A stretch of DNA of 64,000 nucleotides from Psilocybe cubensis. Taxonomy: Eukaryota. This document shows positions 25,915 through 40,369 of the stretch, piece by piece. Under the pieces are notes generated by a model that was not told where the DNA came from, ran no database searches, and was given only the letters and a program-made list of their open reading frames with translations. The stretch lies in NCBI GenBank assembly GCA_017499595.2, contig CM039008.1:1426001-1490000 (forward strand). The letters run 5' to 3'. Each line of letters opens with the position of its first letter. Position 1 is the stretch's first letter. The position numbers were made by a program, and so were the translations under genes.

Positions 25915-26833
25915 TGTCCTTTTTCAGGTCGGCTTTATCGATACTCGCAATTGGCCTTCACCACCATATTTTTCTGAACTATCACAGACGGAATGTCGAT
26001 CATTGTGCTCAGGATATTTCAGATGTCTTTGAAAAGTTCAAAAGCGGGTTACCATCAACTACTTTCCAAAGCTTAAATTGATCATGCAGGAAGTTTGCGT
26101 CCAGTTGATGATCGACCACTAGTCTCAGTCACGCTCTTTCAAACGAAATACACCCTGTGGTCCATGGATATAGGAAGTGCTCAGCGCCGTTTCAACCACA
26201 AAAAAGCGCTGGTGATGATACATTTGCTTACGCATCCAAGATTCTATTGTTATCAACACACCTTGTCAACGTAAAGTTCTCTGCGCTGCGACTCGGTCTA
26301 TGTACGTAACAAGTGCATGAAAGCTATTCCTCCGGTAAGACGCCGAGTATGATCTACGTATCTAGCTCGCAAACTCAGGTTTTGAATACGTTTAGTTGTG
26401 AATGCATATACTCCTTTAGAAGCTGATGGTCACACCCGAACACACAACTCGGCCGAATGCCCAAAGCTTGCTGACTGGACGAGGCCGTGTGTGGGCGTGG
26501 CGCTACTTCCGTGACCCTTATCGAGCTGCTAATGACAGTCCAATTCAACTGCAGTTGCCCGACCTGAAAGAAACAATGGTCAACCCCGGCTACCTGTAAC
26601 CTGCGCAACTTTGACTGTCCCGAATATGCACTGATTTCTCAAACTCTCCTTCGTCGTGTAAATTATTAGGCAGCTTGCCTCGTATAGTGCCATGGAGGAC
26701 AAATTCGTGCTTAGGTGCTATAACCAATCTGCGTACATGCGTTAAGTTATGTATATGCTAAACGATTTACACGCCCGTGATCTATATAACCAGAGGTTGA
26801 CGATTTCAGGGAGGTTAAACAGTGCAACTTCCC

Positions 26834-28994
26834 ATGACGTCTATCGCTGAGCACGGTAAAGCGGTCCATATTGTCTTTTCGTCCATTCCAGCATGGGGTA
26901 ATCGTCTCTCATATATGATTGTCAGGATTGAGTAGCTAATACTTTTGCAGGACGCGTTAGACCTTTTTGTATTCTAGCCGCCAGGCTCGTGAATATGAAT
27001 AAAAACATGATCATCACCCTTTTCCTATCTTCAAATCTGTTGCAGAAAGCTAAGAACGAGATATTGGCAGAATTTCAAGGAAAAGAACCAGCCAACATTT
27101 TCGAGAGAATACGGTATATATTCGTATTTAACACAACGCAAACTCTGATGAGACTTGACAGTGTTCTTGCCTCCTTCAATTCTGATTCAAATGATCTACA
27201 CACTATCTTTGTACCATTGGTGAAGACCTATGCGACAACATATGAAGCACTTACACAGTCCCAGCCCGTAACTTGCACTGTAACAGGAACAAAATTTGAC
27301 CCTGTTCCCCCTCCCAATATTGTCATCCTCGACGTACATCTGACTATTTCAAAGTACAACTTCGCGTCCTGATTATCTATGCTTTTAGGTCTCTGCCTAT
27401 GCGCACCTTCAAGCTACACGCTCCATTACCGGCCACGCAGTCCCAATCGTCTCATGGGTAACAGGACATGCCTCGTCAGCCATCCGCCTTTTTGGACCTG
27501 CGGACAGGGGCGGGCATGGTGACCTCGGCGCACGTAGCGCAGAATGGGCACTCCAAACAGGGGCTTCGCTCGAGGATATCGGCGATTCGGTAAGTCGAAT
27601 CCTTCTTCTCACTGTGGATTATACACTGGTTTGGCTTGGAAGTTGAATGAACCTGTCCAAGCTTTATACACAGACGAAGGGGACGGTGGTGAGGATCCCC
27701 GGTGTACCACCGATGTATGATTGGGAGTTCTTTCCTCAGGATGTATGTGCTGCTAAGTTACCTTATGGTTTTACACTCAAATGGTCTTTGGAATTTGACG
27801 GTACATTTGTAGCTCCCGTTTAGCGCGCCTATATCCCAGATGTTAACAATGACCCATAGGTAATTCTTATTTTCTGTGTAAGCAACGTCCATCTAATATA
27901 ACTCTCTGCACAAGATCACTTAAAGAATGTGACGCGGTGCTTACAACTTCAGCTTTTGTCGTTGAAAAAGAACCAATTGAGGGTTTGAGATCGTGGTTTT
28001 CGGAGTGGAAAAAGGAATTGTATGTAATCGGACCCTTGCTTCCGCATTTATCTAGCGAAGTCAGAGATACGTCATTAAAATGCACAGAATCTAAAGACTT
28101 CCTGGACAAAGCGCTTGCAGAATACGGGGAAAGATCCGTCATGCTGGTGAGTCTATTAATAGACCTCTATTTTCAGACGTTTCTATTTTTTCGGCGCTTG
28201 TTTTAGATATCCTTTGGGATGATATTTTGGCCAACAAGACAGGAGTACATTGAAGAGGTACTAGAAGTCCTGATTGAGAAAGAATTCCCATTTGTACGTA
28301 TGTTGATCTCCGATGTTCGACTGCTGATTCGCATTTACTTACGGTGGTAGATCATCTACCTAAATACGGCACCACTCGCCACACTGTCCAACAACTTGAT
28401 CGAAAAGATAAAGATGTCATGCCTTGGACTTGTGCCCAAGCGTATCAATCAACAAGAGATTTTAAACCATCCAGTTAGTCCCAGCCTTGTGCTAGGGTGA
28501 TAGATTTTTGACGCTAACCGCCTTGGATTTACAGGCAGCGGGCTGGTTCCTTACCCACGGCGGCCACAACAGTGTCACTGAATCTCTAAGAAGCGGAATA
28601 CCTTTGCAAGTTCCATACCAGGATTTACTGACTCAGATCCAATTGCTGACGTGCATTGCACTGCACCAGGATATGCTGGCCAATGGAAGCTGATCAGCCC
28701 GCCGCCGCCGCCCATCTATGCGAAACTCTCAACGTCGCATTTGAGCTAGTCGAAGTTCGGACAGGTTCCAATGGAATGAAGCCGATATTTCGCAATGGGA
28801 GACAGGCTGCTGGGACAAGGAACGCGGTGGGTGAGGAGCTCAGGCGGGTGCTTGGTGAGTGCCGGGGGCGCAAAGGCGAGTCTATGAGGAAGAACGCGTT
28901 GGATCTGAGTGACAAGCTCAAGAGAAGCTCAGAGGAAGGGGGATATTCTGAAATCGAACTTGATAGGTTTCTCAAGAGCTATTCTTTGTGTTAA
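26834..28994 (+). CDS. UDP-glycosyltransferase (GT1), possibly catalytically atypical
   Basis: PSPG-like box [38 protein letters not shown], many introns including a GC-AG intron at 28606-28669. N-terminus reads PAWGRVRP where GT1 enzymes have G-H. Confidence 0.85.
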
Positions 28995-29073
28995 AAATTG
29001 TGTAGAATATACAACGATAGATGGGGCCCTTCTGAATGAACTTTGTAGCTTGAAACCAACCACTGGCTGTATA

Positions 29074-29604
29074 CTACGCGCACGATGCGCCACCAGTACC
29101 ACAACTGTCTGCCCTAGCCAGGTCGAGGTACTGCCAAAGGGCGAGCTCTGACCTTTCAGAATATTCTCCCCAGATATAGTATATCGCCCTCCGTCGCATG
29201 ACAATGAACTGATGGGGGAGATATTTAACCAATACAATGAGCATAGCCGTGCAAAAGATGGAGAATATCGTTACTGGGTAGTAGAGCCGAGAAAAATGTA
29301 TGTCAGGGCAGTCAATGATATCATAAATAAGATATTTCGTTGATGTTTTAGAAAGGCGAGATTATTAGATGCGAGGATTTGATGGGGATGCAATCGACGT
29401 ACGGACAAGGACCTTCTCCCAGGGTTCATATACCGTCAGGGCAAAGGTGGATTCAATCCATATTCTCCGCCTCCACCAGAACGTCCCTAGCTTCTCTTGC
29501 TTTCTGTGGGTTTGTGAGCATGAATTTCTGGGATATTCATAGCGAGAACGTAATGGCGGGTGGATAGGTTGAGCGCTGTTTGGCTTTCGAATAGTCCTAG
29601 TCAT
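29074..29604 (-). CDS. Serine palmitoyltransferase small subunit-like membrane protein (ssSPT family)
   Basis: Two exons: ...WIESTFALTVYEPWEKVLV|LTIFSIFCTAMLIVLVKYLPHQ...RAIYYIWG. EPWEK followed by a TM helix and YLP is the SPT small-subunit signature. Confidence 0.7.
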
Positions 29605-30514
29605 CGGCGAGACAGTGCTTGAAATACTCGTGTCAGTTATGCGTTGGGCCAAGCAGATTAGGTTTGGACACAAACTTCGCAGGTCAAGTTAGATGGGTTG
29701 TATATATACAGCAAGACTTGAGTGCTGTCTGAGACTCTTAATCTTGTGTTCTTGTCACGAGCCCGTCCCATTGGTCACTGCAGCGTGGACCCCTATTTTT
29801 GGCAAAGCTGTTATGGATCTCTAGTTGGGAGCGGCTGCTAAGTACAACAATGCAAAGCTTGCGAGTGTAGCATGGTTTACTTCCATTCTGATAAAAAATC
29901 AATAAAGTTATTGACTTGGAGATGGACGTACCGGAATTACTAGCCATCATCAAACGGCGGTAGGTCGTCGGGCGTCGACAAAAAGGGGAAGTTGAATTAC
30001 CTTATATGGGTTTCACCATTTTCCAACCGTTGAGTTAGCGCTGCTGTCTGTAGACGTTGCTACTTTGTTGAACTTGGTCTGCTAAAACGATATCTGTTCT
30101 GGGTTGTATAATATGTATATGCCCATATTTTAGAGCTATCAAACGAATCCGATGATTGTGAGGTTTGCATGAGATCATGGACTGACCGAAAAAATTAGAT
30201 ATTAAGGTATTAAGGACTCAAATACCTGTAATAATACTCCTAGCTGCCACCTGTAACAGGAGAGGGATACGAAATCGAAACAGGGTGATTGGAGGTGGTT
30301 AGAGAGTGCGAGAGACCGAAAAACGGACGAAGGCCCGAGGGATTTTCGGCATAAATGAAAACCAAGACCACGTGATCATAATTTTTCTCATGACGATAAC
30401 TCGGGCGCAGAATTGCATAACAGTTTGGGGCACTGTCGCTGTGTGGATTCTGTTTCTGCTCGCCCTAATCTGTTCCTCGGTGGCTAGTTTTCGTTGCCTA
30501 TCCCAGAGCTCGAC

Positions 30515-32892
30515 ATGCAGTCAATACGAAGCCGCGGTCAGTCGCGTATCGCTAAGATTCGCTTGTGCTTTGTAGACTTACAACCCCGTTCTCCAGCCCT
30601 GGCGAGGTCTATCGCTCAGTCTAGATCTCTTACTCGTCCTCAACTCTCAAGGCAACTCGCGCGACGCACTCTCGCTACAGAGTCTCCAGCTACCGTATGC
30701 AACTTTGAATCCAATTTCTCTCGCGCTTATCATTGAGCGTTTCTTACACTAGGCCTCTTCAGCCTCCTCGACTCCCCCACCTCCGCCTCGTCAGTCAAAA
30801 TGGAGCAGATTCCTCACAATTCTTGGGCGCACAACCCTTATCACTCTGTTTGCTGGCGCCGGAGGGTTCTACTACGTCACTCAACTGGACCGCAATCCAG
30901 GAACACAACTACCATTTGACCCGGAAAAGAAGACGCTGGTCGTGCTCGGCAGTGGCTGGGGAACAACGAGCTTGCTGAAAACACTGGACACCACGGACTA
31001 CAACGTCGTGCGTATCCCCTGACGCCCGCCATTGACGGACTGCTATGCTTATCTCGGTTCCAGGTTGTCATCAGCCCGAAGAACTTTTTCCTTTTCACCC
31101 CGCTTTTGCCCAGCGTCGCCGTCGGAACTTTGGCTCCCCGTTCGATTATCCAACCAACACGGTATATCACGAGACACAAGGCGCGCCAGGTTTCCGTCAT
31201 TGAAGCTGAAGCCACGGATGTCGATGTATGTATCATCCGTCGGCTGCTATTCTCCATGACGCCGACTTACACCTGATTTTAGCCTATTAATAAAACTGTC
31301 ACCTTTGTTGGTGCGTCATAACTGCACGTGCGGTGCAGCACTTCATTCTGATTCTTTTGAACAGACAACTCGGATATCAAGGGCGCAGTGTCAGCAACCA
31401 CAATCTCATATGATTATCTCGTATACGGTGTTGGGGCCGAGGTCCAAACCTTCAACATTCCTGGTGTTCAGAAGCATGCTTGTTTCATGAAAGAGTTGGG
31501 TGATGCGGAACGGGTGAGCGCAATTTCCTTGGATATCAGCCGCTGTGTTAAATCAGTGGTTTAGATGCAACGCGAATTCATGGACTGTGAGCTGCGGAAT
31601 ATTCACCATCGCAAGGATTTGACTGATTGTTGTACCTATCAGGTGTTGAAACAGCCGCATTCCCAGGACAAGATTCCAAAGAAGTCGACCGCTTGCTGCA
31701 TATGGTTGTCGTGGGCGGCGGGCCAACTGGTGTTGAACTGAGGTACGCTCCAGCCCCCCATATTTATGCACATATCAACTACAGGGGTTGCTTATATAAA
31801 TAACTCAATATCATAGCGGTGAACTTCACGATTTCCTTGAAGATGATCTGAAGTCATGGTACCCCGAACTCGCTGGCAAAATCCGCATCACCCTCGTCGA
31901 GGCCCTTCCTTCTGTGCTTCCCATGTTCAGCAAACAATTGATCAACTACACCGAGTCCCAGTTCAAGGAGAGCAAGATCGAGATCCTCACCAAGACAATG
32001 GTTAAGGAGGTCAAGGAAAAGAGCGTCGTCTTGCAGATGCCCGACAAGAGTATTGTCGAAGTTCCTTGTGGGTTGGTCGTCTGGGCTGCAGGTAACAAGG
32101 GCAGGAAAATCACTCAGGACCTGATGGCCAAACTTCCCGAGGACCAGACCAACAGGAGGGGTATCACTGTCGATGGTATACAATGCTTATTTTTAAAGTC
32201 GCGCGCTGTTTTCTCATGAAAATATATTCTCCAGATTATATGCAAATGAAGGGTGCCAACGGAATCTTTGCCATCGGTGACTGCACTGCTACGTCATATG
32301 CTCCTACCGCCCAGGTCGCCTCTCAACAAGGTGCCTATCTCGCCCGCGTCCTACACCAAATAGCCAGGCGTGATGCCCTCCAAGCACGTCTGGACGCACT
32401 CGAAAAGGCAGAAGCCCATCTGCCACCAGCCGTCTCCACAGACTCTACGGAAGCGATCGCCGCTGCTGCTGACGACGCCAAGAAGATTGAGGCAGAGAAG
32501 GAGGAGTTGAAGAGGCAATTAGCCAAATTCAAGCCCAGACCTTTCCACTACTCACACCAGGGAACCCTGGCATACATTGGTTCTGACAAGGCCATCGCGG
32601 ACCTGCCCTTCATGAACGGCAATGTGAGTCTTTGCTTGGCCTTTTTGTTTCTCTTCTTTTATCATTGTTGCTCATACTTGTTACCTTGTAGATTGCCAGC
32701 GGCGGTGTTGCTACGTTCCTCTTCTGGAGAAGTGCGTACTTGAGTACCCTTTTCTCCCTGCGCAATCGCACTTTGGTGGCCACCGATTGGATCAAGGTTA
32801 AACTCTTTGGACGGTACGTGCATTTTGCCTTCATCCTCTTTTACCTTTCTGATCCCCTGTGTTTTTTACCCAGTGATGTCAGCAGAGAGTAA
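30515..32892 (+). CDS. Type II (rotenone-insensitive) mitochondrial NADH dehydrogenase, NDE1/NDI1-like
   Basis: [75 protein letters not shown]; multi-exon. Confidence 0.93.
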
Positions 32893-33814
32893 CTCTGAGC
32901 AAAAAAATCACGACACCCTTTTTATTATCTACACATATGTTTAAAATATTTGAGCACCGGTATTTGGATCCCTTCATAGACTTTATTTCGGAACAAAAAA
33001 CTTTAAAATTCGAGTAATTCATACCACTAGAGTTTAGAGCATTACTTACGATCCAACCTATAGACTACCTTTTCGTTTCCTCTCTTTACCCTGTATCTAT
33101 CGCATAGACTTTACCCTTCCCTTTTTTCGTCTTCCTTTACCCTCCTGCCTACCTTACTCGCATCATATCACACTCATTTTGCTCCCTCGCCGCCTCTACA
33201 ATCTTGAACTTGTCTATATTATTTGGACGACCTCTGCTAAATTTCACGCTCCGAAGTAGCAAGTTAATAAACAGGTTATATCTCCGAATGCGTATAAAGA
33301 ACAATGTATCCTCGTATTCGATGGGGCTTGCTATAGCTAAAAATCACTACAAACGTACGTGACCGAACAAGCTGTGACGGATCCGGACTGCGCCTTTTCT
33401 TTGACTTTCTTTTTCTGTAGACTTCACCTTTGCTCCGTCCACCAAATTCACACACTCCTTTAGCTCATTTTCTTCAATCTATGTTCGTGTTCCCTCATTC
33501 TATTCCCCTTGAAACTGACTTGTACTGCACCTTGATATGTTTCCCAATGTATCCTCTTTTATCTTTTTCTTAGTCTACTTCTTCACCTTATTTTTTTACA
33601 GAAAAACAGAATCGAATACGGAGTACTTTAACCTGTCTATTCGATGTCTTATCTGCTGCAACGAAACTGGTGTTACTTTCTGTCACAGCTGACGTCGCAC
33701 AAACTGTCTCGGCTGCTTTATCAAGCAAAACTTCCAAACAGAGTCGTTCAGTGCGAATTATCCTCTCAAAAACATTACTCTGTATATATGAAGAACTCGC
33801 AATGGCAAAAAAGT

Positions 33815-33918
33815 TCCTTCGAATCGGGATCGAACCGATGGCCTCGGGATTTAGGATAGGACAAACGCCCTGTGTTAACCATTACAGTCCCACGCTCTTC
33901 CAACTGAGCTATCGAAGG
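33815..33918 (-). tRNA. tRNA-Tyr (GUA) with 31-nt intron
   Basis: CCTTCGA TAGCTCAGTTGGAAGAGC G TGGGA CTGTAA [31-nt intron] A TCCCG AGGCC ATCGGTTCGATCCCGAT TCGAAGG A: complete cloverleaf, intron at canonical position 37/38, followed by a T6 Pol III terminator. Confidence 0.93.
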
Positions 33919-36106
33919 CTTATCCGACTGATAACACATAACAAACAGAAGGTTCCAGACGGCAATATGAACAAGCGCCGGTCATTGCACTCGGTACAAT
34001 GACCGTCATCTCAAACCTCAACGTCATCTTCAAGAGTTTTTTATTCTTAATAGAAACCACCCAAATCTACATACTTCCAAAATCAAAATTTCTGAACTAA
34101 TTTAACACCTGCCACCTGCTCATATCATCATATTTCCCGAGCAGACGATAGTAGTATCATAACTTTTGGAGTTTTCTTGGTGGAGAAAGTCATCAAAAGA
34201 TTCTGATTGTCTATGTCAGGCACTCCGGAGCTCTTGAGTAACTTCTCAGACCCGTTGTAGGTGTTATATTATATCTATATCAACTAGCGATATTAAACCT
34301 TCGGGTTTTTGTACATGCAAAGGGCTCTTCATCTCCGTCTTGTCTGTTATCACATAGGAAATCCCGCTGTTGCGGTCTGAAGCTAAAGCGACTGGAGGAT
34401 TAATTAAATCATTGAAAGTCAAGATAATACAATCCCCTCTTGATTGAAGTATGGAACATCATTTGTAACTAGTACTCAGATGATTCTGTCGTATCAAGGT
34501 CTGAGTTTGTTTCTCGGGATAATGTATTCATGTAGGTACACTATCGCCAGGTTACTTGAAATTATTTTAACGGCGCACATTAAAAAATCTTGCGATGCTC
34601 TATTACAGCTATTTTCATATCGATAGGCCCAACGTAAAAATATATTCATACAGTCGGACTTGAATTTCTGCGTAGCCTTGTTACATAAGGAATGCTCCTA
34701 TGTTGATTTTATTTTAATCTATGGTACGATCTTGCAGAAAAGCGCTGACATGCCTTTCAGTTTGAGAAGGGAGTGTCTCTAGGATGCTGCTGATGTGGTG
34801 GTATTGCTTTAGTTCTTGTAGCTCGACTTTTTTTGTAAATACTCATCGACGATTTTGCTAGTTCCCGTAATTTGCCGTCTTTAAATTTTATGCTCCGCTC
34901 AATAAAATTCTTTATCCGTGTACGTGTAAATTTAGCGGATAGGTCTATCGATATGAAAATAGCTATAATACTGCCCTCCATTGATCAACATCCGAGTTGC
35001 GAAGAGGCCGGAGGTTTGATGATTTCTTTCCAATACCTATTGGAGTTGAAAGTTATGTCGGGCGCAGACAACAGATCAGAAACACTTCAACAATCCTCAA
35101 AGCACAATGGTTAAAGTCATCATGTCAATTGTTGAAACATGGAGCAATTCTGAAAGTGATCTTTCTTTTAACTTTCAGTTTTGATCGCCAGAGAAATGGA
35201 TCTACATCAATCCCGTGACGGGGTGAGTAATCCTAGGTCAATAACTTCAAGAGCATGCTTGCCAATGTACTCTAACCTTTATGTGCGTCGGACTACAGTG
35301 TCTACGGGCGCGCCTTTGACAACGTCAGGAACTTTGGCAACTTCATGTCTATTGGAGTGACAACCAACACGCGTTCTGAAAATGGCTCCCTTGAACAGTG
35401 GAGACCTCCCACACATCAGCAAAGGCATATGGCTCTTTGTAACTATTCATCAAACGAAGCTTCAACTGGATGGGCGCTCCCAGAACAAAGAAATACTAAT
35501 CAAATGGGTATACTTAGTTATTAGCAGAGTCAGAAGCTCATCTACATTTGTACTGCGCCTAACTGAGCCTTTCTCTTTCATTTGAAAGTCCGTGGTACTT
35601 GATGATGACAACATCCTTCTCCGCTAGACTCACACTTATCTTTCTTATTAGATGGCTATTATCATGATGCGTTGTACTGATCTCTCTTCCGATGATGGTC
35701 AGTACGGCCTCCGCAAATATCACCTTCTTTTCGAGCTAGGGCTGATTTGGAAGACCCTTCTCTTCGAGGGCAGTAGGTAACTCAGGTAAAATAGCACCTC
35801 TATCAATCCGGCACGACTTGATCACCCGATATCCTGCCTACTCAACCTCGTTTACGTATCCGAATGGCCCAGTCAAGATCACAATCATGATTTGTGTGGG
35901 ACAAAATGGTCATGCACGGATAGTTAAGCAGGCTGTGGCCGTAACTATTCCTGTGCGTGTGGTTGCTTGCCGTAGTTGCATTCTGAAGGCACGCATGAGT
36001 GATGGGAACTGACGGGCAGATTCTTATTATAGCTATCTGGACGATGCTTACTTATAGGAACTGTTCGCCGTTTGTTACCCCTCTCAACCCATCGATCACT
36101 GAGAGT

Positions 36107-37431
36107 ATGACTGACGTGAATGGTACTACTTGTGCCAATGCTCTCAATACTACTACATTGACTGGAACGCCGCTTTTCTTTGTACCTCTGGAAGAGGTCC
36201 ATCATCTCAGTATAGCGACTTACATTCACATTGGAACCACAGCTGTACGTTATATGTGACACGCAAATTTCAATTAAGTCTTAACACTTTCGTAGGTACT
36301 TATCTGGGATGTCGTTGATAATTTGAGAAGTGACTTCAGACTGTTTTTTTCATTCAGATTCGGTATACCCACTTTCATATACATTGTAACCCGGTAGGTT
36401 TTCTCCTGAAAAGTGACAACCCGACTCGGATGATAATCTTAATACTGTTTTAGAATCTCTTTACTGGCATATGCTATCGGTCGTGCAGTTCTCTTGAGTC
36501 AGTTTGAGATGATACTTTAAGATGGGTGCGGACTGACTTTCCGTTCACAGCTACCCCCGTCGAAGACTGCGGTGCTTTGGAGCGCACTCTCAATGCATTG
36601 CTCATCATATTTTTATCATTTACGACCCTCTTCTACTACATTCGGGTTTGTGTGCTACACAGCATGTCGCGCACAATCATCATCCTTTATGGATTAAGCT
36701 GGCTGGCGACAGTGGGAATGATTACAACGATTGCAAAAACGTTCACCGTCAAGCGAGTTGAACCGTTCTGTTTGGAGAGGGTTAATGGAACCCTATTAAC
36801 TCCCACCGTTATCATGCTCTTGATCAACGAAGTTCTCGTCTATGGCGCGGTTGCCCATAAAGTATACACTTGTTTCCTCAATAAGCAGCCCTCTGTCGCA
36901 GCGAAGGTCAAGATCCTAGTCTGTGGCACATCGGTGCCGGCCTTTTCAAACATGATACTTCAAGACAGCCAATTATATGGATTGTAAGTTGGCGTCTTGC
37001 TTAATCTGTGATGAATGGTTTTCTCATTATGCCCTCTCAGAGTGATCGTCCTGACAAAAGCCATTCTGGTTCTCACAGTCACCAGAGTTTCCCGACCAAC
37101 AAACACCATGTTCATCATCTGCCACTTGGTATTGGTGAATGTATTGACCTGTAGGGTTTACCGGAATCTGAGAATGAGCGTGGAGAAGTGGGAGTCCCAG
37201 AACCACAATGGAACCAGCATTAATTTCAGAACGACAGCCAGAAATGGACATCTCGGCGGCCAACAATCATCAAGTCCTATGTCTAGCTCATCCTGTCGAA
37301 GGAGTGATTTGATCCTTGACACAGTTCATTCCTCAATGACTTCATTCCAAGAGCCTACAATGCCATCCGAAAAACAGTCTCAAGACCATATATACACCGT
37401 TAGAAGGGATAACAGTAGTAGTATCGCGTGA
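36107..37431 (+). CDS. Orphan multi-pass (about 7TM) GPCR-like membrane protein, resembling the Agaricomycete DUF6533-type family
   Basis: Five exons. N-terminal N-glycosylation sequons (NGT, NTT), VLIWDVVDNLRSDFRL, YIVTR, loop Cys pair (EDCG, PFCLE), LQDSQLY, CRVYRNLR after the last helix, Ser/Thr-rich cytosolic tail. Family assignment is from remembered motif pattern, not a search. Confidence 0.6.
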
Positions 37432-38129
37432 ACATTGAAGTTTGATAGTAATAACTTGATTCGTGTATTTTACCATCTCATCTGCATTTCGTACTAGCGC
37501 CAATTGTATTCTAGATCAATTGTATTCTATATCACAATTATGATATATATACATTAAACTTATAACTGGTTCTCCAAGGTCATTAGTCGCTGTAGGCTTT
37601 GGTCTGCAACAACAGGCGGGCCCCTGAAGGAACGCGTTGGACACGTGTATATAAAACGCGTCATGCATCACGCGCAAGTGTGATTTATAGTCAAGTGATT
37701 TTGTATACCATCGCGCCGGAAAACTATTGATTCACCATTCACCAACCGTTGGCCCAATCGAGGCTTTAACTGAGTAATCATCCTAGTCGGCTCGACGCCC
37801 GACGGTCCCAGATGAAGATGCTACAAGTCAATGGCGCTTCTAGGAAACATCAGGCTTCATGCCGTTTTGAATTTGAACCCTCGGCTGTTCCGCCATTATA
37901 CATTTACGATCCGATTTTAGCCGTGTCTGTACATCTCGAACGATCGTTCTACTACATGAACCTATGGCGGATCCCATAAAAGTCGTCCCGTCCTGGCTAA
38001 TTGAATGCCCTTTTCGTGTATAGGAGAGGAGAACTGATGCAATGTGCAGTCTGGAACAGAATCAAACTAGGAACACTCCTGCTACCTCCCATTTCAATCC
38101 GACAATGGATGGAACCGAGGGTCAAACTT

Positions 38130-40369
38130 TTATGCCCCACCGTCATAATCGCGCCATTTGGGATTTCGCCCCGTTCTACTCGTCCTCGGTGTAACATCTT
38201 CAAAATAAAGTGAGAGGCGATTTGGGTCCATAACACGAGAGTATTCGAGGAATAAACTCAATCATGATAGCGTCAGTAGAATGTGGTGATATCCAAGGTT
38301 GAAACGTACTTACCGAAATGTATAGGCAGTCAAGTCTTCTTTCCTCCAATATGTCATGCTCCATTCCCTGCCAGCTGCTGCGATTTTTCTCGCCATATCC
38401 TCATGAGCGCCCTTCCCCTGTGGATCGCCTCTGAAGAATACCAGGCAATCCCATAGATCGGAAAGATCAACTTGAACGGGAATGTAATGGACCCATGGCG
38501 CGACTCTGTCCATATACCTTTTGATCGAACAGAGATATGTCATTCCTTCCGACCCATTCGGAAAGGATATAGATTAACGGACGAACTCACCACTCGGGAT
38601 ACAAGGTCGACTTGAAAACCAGGCCATGCGATGTGATTAGTCTTTTGAACCGGCTTGACCAAGCATTACCATCAACCTAAGGTACATCAATAAATGTCAA
38701 CGAAGAAGCAACACCGGTTTGGCCAAGGAATGAAATTCATACATCAATATAGTACCGATAGTTTCCTGCTGCGCGCATCCCCTGGCGTTGTCGATATTCG
38801 AAAATCTTTTTCAGCTTTTCGCACATCTCAGGGGGACAATTGACCGGTTTCTCTGCATATGCGATATCTACCATGGCAGGCGCCCATCGTTTTTTTGGGA
38901 TCCGCACGGCCCTCCCCACCTTCTGTCCCTTCTCCGTAGGAATGAGCACCGAAATGTTCTCAGCGAATCCCAAATACTCTAAATCTTCGTCCTCCATCTC
39001 TTGAATGTCGCCTGCCCAACGCACGAGTCGCATGCGCTGCGCAAGATCCCATCGGTACTCGTCACTGTGCCATATTCCTGTATTGCTCCCTCGCCACTGT
39101 AAACGCGTGTCACCGCGCTCGTCCCACTCCGGATTTCCTTGTTGCGCAATATCCTCCATCCAATTTATGGGCATCGCGGGTGTAATGTCGTGGTGCAACA
39201 TTGTCGGTGCGTACGAAAATTGTGGGATAAGAATGCGTTGCGGTTCGGGACCTTTCCCATGGGATATGAATTGACCATGCAGAAGGAAGTGAGATGGATG
39301 CTCGCATGGATCCATTGTCCTGTAATGGTCATGGATGAACGTCTTCACCATTAAGAGGGGTAATCGGAATGGCTCGCCGCCCCAGTTGATGTACTGGTTC
39401 CTTGCAGCCGATTCAGGGGGACACGCGGAGAGCCATCTTAACGCCTTCGACTTCGGAGGATTGTTGATGTCAACAACTAGGTACCTCTTTAGTTTCGGTT
39501 CGACTATACACCATAATCATTTATGCTCACACGTTCCTTCTCTTGCTGCGCGAATAGCTGCATTTTTGAAAACCCTATCCGTAACCAAGTTGGGATTGTC
39601 ATGGGGCGAAAATACGGCGCGGAAAGGGGGTATTGAATTTTCGACCTCTTTCAGCAAATCCATAATTTCATAGGCACCTTTCGCCATGCCATTGGGGCCA
39701 ATATCGTCGAAAGTGTGATTTTTGAGCGATATAGGTTCCTCGAAGGTGTCTTTCCCCACCGTAAAAGAATCTCTATGCGCCTCCCAGTCGCGCTGGATGT
39801 TCTGCAAATCTATCGGATTCATACCCCAAAACGGTTCCAAATCACGATAGATCTGGTCGTACTCGTCTGGCAGTTGAACATTATGTTTCTGAACATATTC
39901 CCACCTTTGAACGACGCAAAGGGTAAATTAGCGCGCAAACAACACTTACATCGACTCACCAATCTCCAAATCCCCTTGGCGGCATCCTTTGGTATCGGCG
40001 GTAATATTCATCCACAGCTTCCTGCAGTGTCGTACTCGCCCTCTCTAACTTTCGATCCCATGCCCTTTGCGCTTCTCGAACCAACTCGAATATAGGATGT
40101 GGTCCGTTAGGATTTACTTGTAATAGACCATCCTTGCGGTAGATGTGTTGCTCCAGCCGCTCTTCCTTGTCTTGTTCGCTGAGCACCCTCGAAGCTAATG
40201 ACCCGGTTCTGATTTGCCGCGTTTTAACTCGAGTCTTCACCTCTTGCAAGCCATCTTGCGCATGACTTATAGGGGCATTGATTTGTCCAGTCAATGTGAG
40301 AATGGCGACGAACGTCAGCAGAGCGAAAATAGGTCTTCTGGTTGACCTTCGTAGATTTAGCCTCAGCAT
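38130..40369 (-). CDS. CAP10-like glycosyltransferase family 90 protein (type II membrane)
   Basis: N-terminal anchor, EYYRRYQRMPPRGFGDW, WRGSNTG, YRYYIDVDGNAWSSRFKRL, PWVHYIPV, WRKEDLTAYTFRLFLEY. Confidence 0.9.
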
